Made by a program: the position numbers and the translations under genes | Notes under the pieces: generated by a model | What the model saw: only the letters and a program-made list of their open reading frames with translations | Databases searched by the model: none | Told to the model about the DNA's origin: nothing | In this document: positions 42,444 through 56,520 of the stretch, piece by piece | How the letters are laid out: the number at the start of each line of letters is the position of its first letter | How positions within the stretch are numbered: the stretch's first letter is position 1 | Assembly: GCA_009914755.4 (NCBI GenBank) | Contig: CP086569.2 | Coordinates: 61,760,001 to 61,824,000 of the forward strand | Length of the DNA stretch: 64,000 nt | Direction: 5' to 3' | Source of the DNA: the human T2T-CHM13v2.0 reference genome, Homo sapiens

Positions 42444-45400
42444 GACTCGAAACTAATGGACTGGAATCGAATGGACTCGACTGGTACGGACTCCAATGGA
42501 ATGGAATCGAATGGAATGGAAACGAACGGAATGAACTCGAAGTGAAAAGAGTGCAATGGAAAGGTCTCGAATGGAATGGAAATTAATGGAATGGAATGGA
42601 ATCGAATGAAATGGAGTCAAAAGGAATGGAATCGAATGGCAAGAAATCGAATGTAATGGAATCACAAGGAATGGATGTGAACGGAACGGAATGGAATGGA
42701 ATCAAAAGGAATGGAATCGAATGGAATGGACTCGAATGGAAATGACTCGAATAGAATGGAATTCAACAAAATAGAATCAAATGTAATGGAATGGAATGGA
42801 AAGGAATCGAAACGAAAGGAATGGAGACAGATGGAATGGAATGGAACAGAGAGCAATGGTATAGAATGGAATGGAATCATATGGAATGGAATTGAATGGA
42901 ATGGAATAATATGAAATGGAATGGAAAGGAATGGAATGCACTTGAATTAAATGGACTGGAATGGAATGGACTCGAACGGAGTGGAATGGAAAGGATTGAA
43001 ATAGAATGGAATGGACTCCTTTGGAATGGTCTAGTATGCAATGCAAACGACTGGCAGGGAATCAAAAGGAATGTAATCGAATGGATTGGACTGGAATACA
43101 ATGGACTCGAATACGTTGGAAACGGAATGCAATGGAATGGAATGGAATAGTATGGAATGGAACGGAAAGGAATGAAGTAGAAAGGACTAGAGTGGAATGG
43201 AATGGACTCGAAAGCAATGGACTGGAATGGAACGATCTTGAATGGACCGGAATCAAACGGAACGGAATGCAATGCAAGGCAATCAAATGGAATGGAATAA
43301 AAGAGAATGAAAGAGAATCAAATGCAATTGAATCGAATGGAATCGAATGGATTGGAAAGGAATAGAATGGAATGGAATGGAATTGACTCAAATGGAATGG
43401 ACTAGAACGGAATGGAGTCGAATGGAAGGCAAAGGAATGGAATCTATTGGAATGGACTGTAATGGAATGGCATGGAAGGGATTGGAATGGACTCGAATGG
43501 AAAGGACTGCAATAGAAAGGATTCGAATGGAATGAAAAAGAATTGAATGGAATAGAAGAGAATGGAATCAAATCGAATGAAATGGAATGGAATAGAAAGG
43601 AACGGAATGAAATGGAATGGAAAGGATTCAAATGGAATGCAATCGAATGAAATGCAATCGAATGAAATGGAATCGAACGGAATAGAATAAAATGGAAGGA
43701 AACTGGCAAGAAATGGAATCGAAATGAATGGAGTGTTATGGAACGGACTCCAAAGGAATTGAATGTAATAGAATGGAGTGGAGTGGACTCGAATATAACG
43801 GACTGGAATGGAATGGAATCACATGGAATGGGAACGAATGGAATGGAATGGAAAGGAATGGAATCGAATGGAAAGGAATCAAATGGAAGGGAATGAAATT
43901 GAATCAACAGGAATGGAAGGGAATAGAATAGACTGTAATGGAATGGACTCGAATAGAATGGACACGAATGCTCAAATTGGATGGACTCGAATGGAATGGA
44001 AACGAAAGGAATGTCATCGAATGGAATTGAATCGATTGGAATGAAATGGCATAGAATGGAGTGGAATGAAATGGAATTGTATCGAAAGGAAAGGAAGCGA
44101 ATGGACTGAAATGAAATGGAATGGAATTGAATGGAAAGTAATGCAATGGAATAGAATGGAACGAAATTTCACGGAATGGAATCAAAGAGAATGGAATCAA
44201 ATCAATGAAATATAATCAAATGGAATGGAATGGAATGGAAAGGAATTGAATGGAATAGATTGGATAGGAAGGGATTGGAATGCAATGGAATGGAAAGGAC
44301 TCGAATTTCATGAAACGGAATGGAATGAATTGGAATGGAATGGACTCGAATGGAATGGAATGTCATGGAATGGCATCAAATGGAATGGCATCGAATGCAA
44401 TGGAATGTTATGGAATGGAATGGAATGTATTGGAATGGAATGTCCTCTAATGGAATGGATTCGAGTGGAATGGAATCGAATGTAATGGAGTCGAATGAAA
44501 TGGAATTGAAAGGAATGGGATCGAATAGAATGGAATATACTGGAATGTAATGTAATGAAGTCGAATGTAATTGACTGGAATGGAATGTACATGAATGGAA
44601 TGTAATCGAATGGAAAGTAATCCAATGAAATAGAATCTAATGCAATAAAACCGACTCAAATGGAATAGAATGTAATGGAATGGAGTGCAGTGCAATGGAA
44701 TGGAATGGAATGGAATGCAATGGAGTGGAATGGAATGGAATGGGATGGAATGGTATGGAATGGATAGTAAAGGACTGGAGTGAAATGGACTGTAAAGGAA
44801 TGGACTCCAATTGAAAGGGCTCGAAAGGAATGGAGTCAAATGGAATGGTCTGGAATGGAATGAACTCGAATGTAATGCAATCCAATAGAATGGAATCGAA
44901 TGGAATGGAATATAAAGAAATGGAATCGACGAGAATGGAAACAGATGGAATGGAATTGAAAGGAATGGAATTGAATGGAATGGGCATGAATGGAATGAAA
45001 TTGTATGGAATAGAAGAGAATAGAATGGAATGCAATGGATAAGAAAGGAATGGATTGGAATGGAAGGGAATGTAGTGTAATGGACTGGCATGGAATAAAC
45101 TGGAATGCTACGGTCTCAAATGGAATAAAAATGTATGGAATGGAATGCCATGAAACGGAATCGAATGTCATAGAATGTAATGGAATGCAAAAAAATGGAC
45201 TCCAAAATCATTGACTGGAAAGGCTGGGTGTCGAAAGGAATTGACTCCAATGGAATGGAATCGAATGGAATGGAAGTGAATAGAATCGAACTAAATCGAA
45301 TGGAATGGAATTGATAGGAACGGAATGGAAAGGAATGGAATGATTTGGCATGGAATGGAATCGAATGGACTCGAATGGAATGGAATGGAATGCAATGCAA

Positions 45401-45963
45401 TGGAATGTATTAGAATGTAGTGAACTTTAATGGAATGAACTCGAATGGATTCGACTGGAATGGAATGTTCTGGAAGTGAATGGACTCCAATGGAATGGAT
45501 TCCAAAGGAATGGAATCGAAGGGAATGGAATCTAATGGAATGGAATGAAATGGAAAGGAATCCAATCGAATAGCACGGAATTGAATTGAATGGAATCGAA
45601 TGCAATGGAATCTAATGAAACGGAAAGGAAAGGAACGGAATGGCATGGAATGGGCTGGAATGGAATGGAATCGAAACGAATGGAATGGAATCGAACTGAA
45701 GAGACTGGAATGGAATGCACTGGCATGGAAGGGAGTTTAATGGAAGGTTCTCGAAAAGACTGGAATCGAATGGAATGGAATTGAATGGAACGGATATAGA
45801 GTCAAATGGAATTGAATGGAATGGAATGGAGTAGAGTGAAATGGAATCGAGTCACAAGGAATGGACAGGAATAGAACGGTCTCGAATTGAATGGAATCGT
45901 ATGGAATGGAATTCAACGGAATGGAATGGACAGCCACGGAATGGAATGCACTCGAATGCAATG
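42444..45963 (+). repeat. HOR unit 13 (3520 bp), mosaic, with a 15-bp in-phase deletion
   Basis: The unit is 15 bp shorter. The canonical ggcatcaaatggaatggaatcaaatggaatggcatcgaatg becomes ggcatcaaatggaatggcatcgaatg at ~44380-44405 (loss of three pentamers). Confidence 0.8.
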
Positions 45964-48900
45964 GACTCGAAACTAATGGACTGGAATCGAATGGACTCGA
46001 CTGGTACGGACTCCAATGGAATGGAATCGAATGGAATGGAATCGAACGGAATGGACTCGAAGTGAAAAGAGTGCAATGGAAAGGTCTCGAATGGAATGGA
46101 AATTAATGGAATGGAATGGAATCGAATGAAATGGAGTCAAAAGGAATGGAATCGAATGGCAAGAAATCGAATGTAATGGAATCACAAGGAATGGATGTGA
46201 ACGGAACGGAATGGAATGGAATCAAAAGGAATGGAATCGAATGGAATGGACTCGAATGGAAATGACTCGAATAGAATGGAATTCAACAAAATAGAATCAA
46301 ATGTAATGGAATGGAATGGAAAGGAATCGAAACGAAAGGAATGGAGACAGATGGAATGGAATGGAACAGAGAGCAATGGTATAGAATGGAATGGAATCAT
46401 ATGGAATGGAATTGAATGGAATGGAATAATATGAAATGGAATGGAAAGGAATGGAATGCACTTGAATTAAATGGACTGGAATGGAATGGACTCGAACGGA
46501 GTGGAATGGAAAGGATTGAAATAGAATGGAATGGACTCCTTTGGAATGGTCTAGTATGCAATGCAAACGACTGGCAGGGAATCTAAAGGAATGTAATCGA
46601 ATGGATTGGACTGGAATCAATGGACTCGAATACATTGGAAACGGAATGCAATGGAATGGAATGGAATAGTATGGAATGGAACGGAAAGGAATGAAGTAGA
46701 ATGGACTAGAGTGGAATGGAATGGACTCGAAAACAATGGACTGGAATGGAACGATCTTGAATGGACCGGAATCAAACGGAAAGGAATGCAATGCAAGGCA
46801 ATGAAATGGAATGGAATAAAAGAGAATGAAAGAGAATCAAATGCAATTGAATCGAATGGAATCGAATGGATTGGAAAGGAATAGAATGGAATGGAATGGA
46901 ATTGACTCAAATGGAATGGACTAGAATGGAATGGAGTCGAATGGAAGGCAAAGGAATGGAATCTATTGGAATGGACTGTAATGGAATGGCATGGAAGGGA
47001 TTGGAATGGACTCGAATGGAAAGGACTGCAATAGAAAGGATTCGAATGGAATGAAAAAGAATTGAATGGAATAGAACAGAATGGAATCAAATCGAATGAA
47101 ATGGTATGGAATAGAAAGGAATGGAATGAAACGGAATGGAAAGGATTCAAATGGAATGCAATCGAATGGAATGCAATCGAATGGAATGGAATCGAACGGA
47201 ATGGAATAAAATGGAAGGAAACTGGCAAGAAATGGAATCGAAATGAATGCAGTTTTATGGAACGGACTCCAAAGGAATTGAATGTAATAGAATGGAGTGG
47301 AGTGGACTCGAATATAATGGACTGGATTGGAATGGAATCACATGGAATGGGAACGAATGGAATGGAATGGAAAGGAATGGAATCGAATGGATAGGAATCA
47401 AATGGAAGGGAATGAAATTGAATCAACCGGAATGGAAGGGAATAGAATAGACTGTAATGGAATGGACTCGAATAGAATGGACACGAATGCTCAAATTGGA
47501 TGGACTCGAATGGAATGGAAACGAAAGGAATGTCATCGAATGGAATTGAATCGATTGGAATGAAATGGCATAGAATGGATTGGAATGAAATGGAATTGAA
47601 TCGAAAGGAAAGGAAGCGAATGGACTGAAATGAAATGGAATGGAATTGAATGGAAAGTAATGCAATGGAATAGAATGGAACGAAATTTCACGGAATGGAA
47701 TCAAACAGAATGGAATCAAATCAATGGAATATAATCAAATGGAATGGAATGGAATGGAAAGGAATTGAATGGAATAGATTGGATAGGAAGGGATTGGAAT
47801 GCAATGGAATGGAAAGGACTCGAATTTCATGAAACGGAATGGAATGAATTGGAATGGAATGGACTCGAATGGAATGGAATGTCATGGAATGGCATCAAAT
47901 GGAATGGAATCAAATGGAATGGCATCGAATGCAATGGAATGTTATGGAATGGAATGGAATGTATTGGAATGGAATGTCCTCTAATGGAATGGATTCGAGT
48001 GGAATGGAATCGAATATAATGGAGTCGAATGAAATGGAATTGAAAGGAATGGGATCGAATAGAATGGAATATACTGGAATGTAATGTAATGAAGTCGAAT
48101 GTAATTGACTGGAATGGAATGTACATGAATGGAATGTAATCGAATAGAAAGTAATCCAATGAAATAGAATCTAATGCAATAAAACCGACTCAAATGGAAT
48201 AGAATGTAATGGAATGGAGTGCAGTGCAATGGAATGGAATGGAATGGAATGCAATGGAGTGGAATGGAATGGAATGGGATGGAATGGTATGGAATGGATA
48301 GTAAAGGACTGGAGTGAAATGGACTGTAAAGGAATGGACTCCAATTGAAAGGGCTCGAAAGGAATGGAGTCAAATGGAATGGTCTGGAATGGAATGAACT
48401 CGAATGTAATGCAATCCAATAGAATGGAATCGAATGGAATGGAATATAAAGAAATGGAATCGACGAGAATGGAAACAGATGGAATGGAACTGAAAGGAAT
48501 GGAATTGAATGGAATGGGCACGAATGGAATGAAATTGTATGGAATAGAAGAGAATAGAATGGAATGCAATGGATAAGAAAGGAATGGATTGGAATGGAAG
48601 GGAATGTAGTGTAATGGACTGGCATGGAATAAACTGGAATGCTACGGTCTCAAATGGAATAAAAATGTATGGAATGGAATGCCATGAAACGGAATCGAAT
48701 GTCATAGAATGTAATGGAATGCAAAAAAATGGACTCCAAAATCATTGACTGGAAAGGCTGGGTGTCGAAAGGAATTGACTCCAATGGAATGGAATCGAAT
48801 GGAATGGAAGTGAATAGAATCGAACTAAATCGAATGGAATGGAATTGATAGGAACGGAATGGAAAGGAATGGAATGATTTGGCATGGAATGGAATCGAAT

Positions 48901-49497
48901 GGACTCGAATGGAATGGAATGGAATGCAATGCAATGGAATGTATTAGAATGTAGTGAACTTTAATGGAATGAACTCGAATGGATTCGACTGGAATGGAAT
49001 GTTATGGAAGTGAATGGACTCCAATGGAATGGATTCAAATGGAATGGAATCGAAGGGAATGGAATCTAATGGAATGGAATGAAATGGAAAGGAATCAAAT
49101 CGAATAGCACGGAATTGAACTGAATGGAATCGAATGCAATGGAATCTAATGAAACGGAAAGGAAAGGAATGGAATGGCATGGAATGGGCTGGAATGGAAT
49201 GGAATCGAAACGAATGGAATGGAATCGAACTGAAGAGACTGGAATGGAATGCACTGGCATGGAAGGGAGTTTAATGGAAGGTTCTCGAAAAGACTGGAAT
49301 CGAATGGAATGGAATTGAATGGAACGGATATAGAGTCAAATGGAATTGAATGGAATGGAATGGAGTAGAGTGAAATGGAATCGAGTCACAAGGAATGGAC
49401 AGGAATAGAACGGTCTCGAATTGAATGGAATCGTATGGAATGGAATTCAACGGAATGGAATGGACAGCCACGGAATGGAATGCACTCGAATGCAATG
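45964..49497 (+). repeat. HOR unit 14 (3534 bp), subtype II variant (like unit 4)
   Basis: ctggaatcaatggactcgaatacattgg at ~46611. Shares the MDWNQWTRIHWKRNAMEWNG ORF variant with unit 4. Confidence 0.8.
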
Positions 49498-52400
49498 GAC
49501 TCGAAACTAATGGACTGGAATCGAATGGACTCGACTGGTACGGACTCCAATGGAATGGAATCGAATGGAATGGAATCGAACGGAATGAACTCGAAGTGAA
49601 AAGAGTGCAATGGAAAGGTCTCGAATGGAATGGAAATTAATGGAATGGAATGGAATCGAATGAAATGGAGTCAAAAGGAATGGAATCGAATGGCAAGAAA
49701 TCGAATGTAATGGAATCACAAGGAATGGATGTGAACGGAACGGAATGGAATGGAATCAAAAGGAATGGAATCGAATGGAATGGACTCGAATGGAAATGAC
49801 TCGAATAGAATGGAATTCAACAAAATAGAATCAAATGTAATGGAATGGAATGGAAAGGAATCGAAACGACAGGAATGGAGACAGATGGAATGGAATGGAA
49901 CAGAGAGCAATGGTATAGAATGGAATGGAATCATATGGAATGGAATTGAATGGAATGGAATAATATGAAATGGAATGGAAAGGAATGGAATGCACTTGAA
50001 TTAAATGGACTGGAATGGAATGGACTCGAACGGAGTGGAATGGAAAGGATTGAAATAGAATGGAATGGACTCCTTTGGAATGGTCTAGTATGCAATGCAA
50101 ACGACTGGCAGGGAATCAAAAGAGATGTAATCGAATGGATTGGACTGGAATACAATGGACTCGAATACGTTGAAAACGGAATGCAATGGAATGGAATGGA
50201 ATAGTATGGAATGGAACGGAAAGGAATGAAGTAGAATGGACTAGAGTGGAATGGAATGGACTCGAAAGCAATGGACTGGAATGGAACGATCTTGAATGGA
50301 CCGGAATCAAACGGAACGGAATGCAATGCAAGGCAATGAAATGGAATGGAATAAAAGAGAATGAAAGAGAATCAAATGCAATTGAATCGAATGGAATCGA
50401 ATGGATTGGAAATGAATAGAATGGAATGGAATGGAATTGACTCAAATGGAATGGACTAGAATGGAATGGAGTCGAATGGAAGGCAAAGGAATGGAATCTA
50501 TTGGAATGGACTGTAATGGAATGGCATGGAAGGGATTGGAATGGACTCGAATGGAAAGGACTGCAATAGAAAGGATTCGAATGGAATGAAAAAGAATTGA
50601 ATGGAACAGAACAGAATGGAATCAAATCGAATGAAATGGAATGGAATAGAAAGGAATGGAATGAAATGGAATGGAAAGGATTCAAATGGAATGCAATCGA
50701 ATGGAATGCAATCGAATGGAATGGAATCGAACGGAATGGAATAAAATGGAAGGAAACTGGCAAGAAATGGAATCGAAATGAATGGAGTGTTATGGAACGG
50801 ACTCCAAAGGAATTGAATGTAATAGAATGGAGTGGAGTGGACTCGAATATAATGGACTGGAATGGAATGGAATCACATGGAATGGGAACGAATGGAATGG
50901 AATGGAAAGGAATGGAATCGAATGGAAAGGAATCAAATGGAAGGGAATGAAATTGAATCAACAGGAATGGAAGGGAATAGAATAGACTGTAATGGAATGG
51001 ACTCGAATAGAATGGACACGAATGCTCAAATTGGATGGACTCGAATGGAATGGAAACGAAAGGAATGTCATCGAATGGAATTGAATCGATTGGAATGAAA
51101 TGGCATAGAATGGAGTGGAATCAAATGGAATTGAATCGAAAGGAAAGGAAGCGAATGGACTGAAATGAAATGGAATGGAATTGAATGGAAAGTAATGCAA
51201 TGGAATAGAATGGAACGAAATTTCACGGAATGGAATCAAACAGAATGGAATCAAATCAATGGAATATAATCAAATGGAATGGAATGGAATGGAAAGGAAT
51301 TGAATGGAATAGATTGGATAGGAAGGGATTGGAATGCAATGGAATGGAAAGGACTCGAATTTCATGAAACGGAATGGAATGAATTGGAATGGAATGGACT
51401 CGAATGGAATGGAATGTCATGGAATGGCATCAAATGGAATGGAATCAAATGGAATGGCATCGAATGCAATGGAATGTTATGGAATGGAATGGAATGTATT
51501 GGAATGGAATGTCCTCTAATGGAATGGATTCGAGTGGAATGGAATCGAATATAATGGAGTCGAATGAAATGGAATTGAAAGGAATGGGATCGAATAGAAT
51601 GGAATATACTGGAATGTAATGTAATGAAGTCGAATGTAATTGACTGGAATGGAATGTACATGAATGGAATGTAATCGAATGGAAAGTAATCCAATGAAAT
51701 AGAATCTAATGCAATAAAACCGACTCAAATGGAATAGAATGTAATGGAATGGAGTGCAGTGCAATGGAATGGAATGGAATGGAATGCAATGGAGTGGAAT
51801 GGAATGGAATGGGATGGAATGGTATGGAATGGATAGTAAAGGACTGGAGTGAAATGGACTGTAAAGGAATGGACTCCAATTGAAAGGGCTCGAAAGGAAT
51901 GGAGTCAAATGGAATGGTCTGGAATGGAATGAACTCGAATGTAATGCAATCCAATAGAATGGAATCGAATGGAATGGAATATAAAGAAATGGAATCGACG
52001 AGAATGGAAACAGATGGAATGGAATTGAAAGGAATGGAATTGAATGGAATGGGCATGAATGGAATGAAATTGTATGGAATAGAAGAGAATAGAATGGAAT
52101 GCAATGGATAAGAAAGGAATGGATTGGAATGGAAGGGAATGTAGTGTAATGGACTGGCATGGAATAAACTACAATGCTACGGACTCAAATGGAATAAAAA
52201 TGTATGGAATGGAATGCCATGAAACGGAATCGAATGTCATAGAATGTAATGGAATGCAAAAAAATGGACTCCAAAATCATTGACTGGAAAGGCTGGGTGT
52301 CGAAAGGAATTGACTCCAATGGAATGGAATCGAATGGAATGGAAGTGAATAGAATCGAACTAAATCGAATGGAATGGAATTGATAGGAACGGAATGGAAA

Positions 52401-53032
52401 GGAATGGAATGATTTGGCATGGAATGGAATCGAATGGACTCGAATGGAATGGAATGGAATGCAATGCAATGGAATGTATTAGAATGTAGTGAACTTTAAT
52501 GGAATGAACTCGAATGGATTCGACTGGAATGGAATGTTCTGGAAGTGAATGGACTCCAATGGAATGGATTCAAAAGGAATGGAATCGAAGGGAATGGAAT
52601 CTAATGGAATGGAATGAAATGGAAAGGAATCAAATCGAATAGCACGGAATTGAACTGAATGGAATAGAATGCAATGGAATCTAATGAAACGGAAAGGAAA
52701 GGAATGGAATGGCATGGAATGGGCTGGAATGGAATGGAATCGAAACGAATGGAAAGGAATCGAACTGAAGAGACTGGAATGGAATGCACTGGCATGGAAG
52801 GGAGTTTAATGGAAGGTTCTCGAAAAGACTGGAATCGAATGGAATGGAATTGAATGGAACGGATATAGAGTCAAATGGAATTGAATGGAATGGAATGGAG
52901 TAGAGTGAAATGGAATCGAGTCACAAGGAATGGACAGGAATAGAACGGTCTCGAATTGAATGGAATCGTATGGAATGGAATTCAACGGAATGGAATGGAC
53001 AGCCACGGAATGGAATGCACTCGAATGCAATG
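49498..53032 (+). repeat. HOR unit 15 (3535 bp), subtype I mosaic
   Basis: Landmark period. Has type-II gtatgcaatgcaaacg (~50090) together with type-I gaatacaatgg. The tail shares unit-1 variants (FIPFMPIPFN, GMGMNG). Confidence 0.8.
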
Positions 53033-56000
53033 GACTCGAAACTAATGGACTGGAATCGAATGGACTCGACTGGTACGGACTCCAATGGAATGGAATCGAA
53101 TGGAATGGAATCGAACGGAATGGACTCGAAGTGAAAAGAGTGCAATGGAAAGGTCTCGAATGGAATGGAAATTAATGGAATGGAATGGAATCGAATGAAA
53201 TGGAGTCAAAAGGAATGGAATCGAATGGCAAGAAATCGAATGTAATGGAATCACAAGGAATGGATGTTAACGGAACGGAATGGAATGGAATCAAAAGGAA
53301 TGGAATCGAATGGAATGGACTCGAATGGAAATGACTCGAATAGAATGGAATTCAACAAAATAGAATCAAATGTAATGGAATGGAATGGAAAGGAATCGAA
53401 ACGAAAGGAATGGAGACAGACGGAATGGAATGGAACAGAGAACAATGGAATATAATGGAATGGAATCATATGGAATGGAATTGAATGGAATGGAATAATA
53501 TAAAATGAAATGGAAAGGAATGGAATGCACTTGAATTAAATGGACTGGAATGGAATGGACTCGAACGGAGTGGAATGGAAAGGATTGAAATAGAATGGAA
53601 TGGACTCCTTTGGAATGGTCTAGTATGCAATGCAAACGACTGGCAGGGAATCAAAAGGAATGTAATCGAATGGATTGGCCTGGAATCAATGGACTCGAAT
53701 AGATTGGAAACGGAATGCAAAGGAATGGAATGGAATAGTGCGGAATGGAATGGAAAGGAATGGAGTGGAATAGACTAGAGAGGAATGGAATGGACTCTAA
53801 AGCAATGGACTGGAATGGAACTTTCTTGAATGGACTGGAATCAAACGGAATGGAATGCAATGCAATCAAATGGCATGGAATAAAATAGAATGAAAGAGAA
53901 TCAAATGGGATTGAATCGAATGGAATCGAATGGATTGGAAAGGAATAGAATGGAATGGAATGGAACTGACTCAAATGGAATGGACTAGAATGGAATGGAG
54001 TCGAATGGAAGGCAAAGGAATAGAATCTATTGGAATGGACTGTAATGGAATGGAATGGAAAGGATTGGAATGGACTCGAATGGAATGGACTGCAATAGAA
54101 AGGATTCGAATGGAATGAAAAAGAATTGAATGGAATAGAACAGAATGGAGTCAAATCGAATGTAACGGAATGGAATTGAAAGGAATGGAAAGAAATGGAA
54201 TGGAAAGGATTCGAATGGAATGCAATCGAAGGGAATGCAATCGAATGGAATGGAATCGAACGGAATGGAATAAAATGGAAGAAAACTGGCAAGAAATGGA
54301 ATCGAAATAAATGGAGTGTTATGGAACGGACTCAAAAGGAATTGAATGTAATAGAATGGAGTGGAGTGGACTCGAATATAATGGACTGGAATGGAATGGA
54401 ATCACATGGAATGGGAACGAATGGAATGGAATGGAAAGGAATGGAATCGAATGGAAAGGAATCGAATGGAAGGTAATGAAATTGAATCAACAGGAATGGA
54501 AGGGAATAGAATAGACTGTAATGGAATGGACTCGAATAGAATGGACACGAATGCTCAAATTGAATGGACTCGTATAGAATGGAAACGAAAGGAATGTCAT
54601 CGAATGGAATTGAATGGATTGGAATGAAATCGCATAGAATGGAGTGGAATCTAATGGAATTGAATTGAAAGTAAAGGAAGCGAATGGACTGAAATGAAAT
54701 GGAATGGAATTGAATGGAAAGTAATGCAATGGAATGGAATGGAACGAAATTTCACGGAATGGAATCAAACAGAATGGAATCAAATCAATGGAATATAATC
54801 AAATGGAATGGATAGGAATTGAATGGAATAGATTGGATTGGAAGGGATTGGAATGCAATGGAATGGGAAGTACTCGAATTTAATGAAACGGAATGGAATG
54901 GACTCGAATGGAATGGAATGTCATGGAATGGCATCAAATGGAATGGCATCAAATGGAATGGAATCGAATGCAATGGAATGTTATGGAATGGAATGGGATG
55001 CATTGGAATGAAATGTCCTCTAATGGAATGGATTCGAGTGGTATGGAATCTAATATAATGGAGTCGAATGAAATGGAATTGAAAGGAATGGGATCGAATA
55101 GAATGGAATATACTGGAATGTAATGTAATGAAGTCGAATGTAATTGACTGGAATTGAATGTACGTGAATGGAATGTAATCGAATGGAAAGTAATCCAATG
55201 GAATAGAATCTAATGCAATAAAATCGACTCGAATGGAATAGAATGTAATGGAATGGAATGCAGTGCAGTGGAACGGAATGGAATGGAATGCAATGGAGTG
55301 GAATGGAATGGAATGGAATGGGATGGAATGGTTTGGAATGGATAGTAATGGACTGGAGTGAAATGGACTGGAAAGGAATGGACTCAAATTGAAAGGGCTC
55401 GAAAGGAATGGAGTCAAATGGAATGATCTGAAATGGAATGAACTCGAATGTAATACAATCCAATAGAATGGAAACAAATGGAATGGAATTGAATGGAATG
55501 GAATTGAATGGAATGGGAACGAATGGAGTGAAATTGTATGGAATAGAAGAGAATAGAATGGAATGCAAGGGAAAGGAAAGGAATGGATTGGAATGGAATG
55601 GAATTCATTGGAATGGAAGGGAATGTAGTGTAATGGACAGGCCTGGAATAAACTGGAATGCTACGGTCTCGAATGGAATAAAAATGTATGGAATGGAATG
55701 CAATGAAACGGAATCGAATGTCATAGAATGTAATGGAATGCAAAAAAATGGACTCCAAAATCATTGACTGGAAAGGCTGGGTGTCGAAAGGAATTGACTC
55801 CAATGGAATGGAATCGAATGGAATGGAAGTGAATAGAATCGAACTAAATCGAATGGAATGGAATTGATAGGAACGGAATGGAAAGGAATGGAATGATTTG
55901 GCATGGAATGGAATCGAATGGCATCGAATGGAATGGAATGGAATGCAATGGAATGGAATGTATTAGAATGTAATGAACTTTAATGGGATGTACTCGAATG

Positions 56001-56520
56001 GATTCGACTGGAATGGAATGTTCTGGAAGTGAATGGACTCCAATGGAATGGATTCGAAAGGAATGGAATCGAACGGAATGGAATCTAATGGAATGGAATT
56101 AAATGGAAAGGAATCAAGTGGAATAGCACGGAATTGAATTGAATGGAATCGAATGCAATGGAATCTAATGAAACGGAAAGGAATGGAATGGAATGGGCTG
56201 GAATGGAATGGGCTGGAATGGAATGGAATCGAAACGAATGGAATGGAATCGAACTGCAGATACTGCAATGGAATGTACTGGAATGCAACGGAGTGTAATG
56301 GAAGGTTCTCGAAAAGAATGGAATCGAATGGAATGCAATGGAATGGAACGGAATAGAGTCGAATGGAATTGAATGGAATGGAATTGACTAGAGTGAAATG
56401 TAATCGAATCACAAGGAATGGACAGGAATAGAATGGTCTCGAATTGAATGGAATCGTATGGAATGGCATCAAACGGAATGGAATGGACAGCCACGTAATG
56501 GAAAGCACTCGAATGCAATG
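53033..56520 (+). repeat. HOR unit 16 (3488 bp), type-II-like start that becomes strongly diverged from ~53.7 kb
   Basis: Landmark at 53033, with the next at 56521 (gagtcgaaactaatgg). Many substitutions and indels relative to all other units; for example, 53701-53830 differs from 4221-4350 at many positions. Confidence 0.8.
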
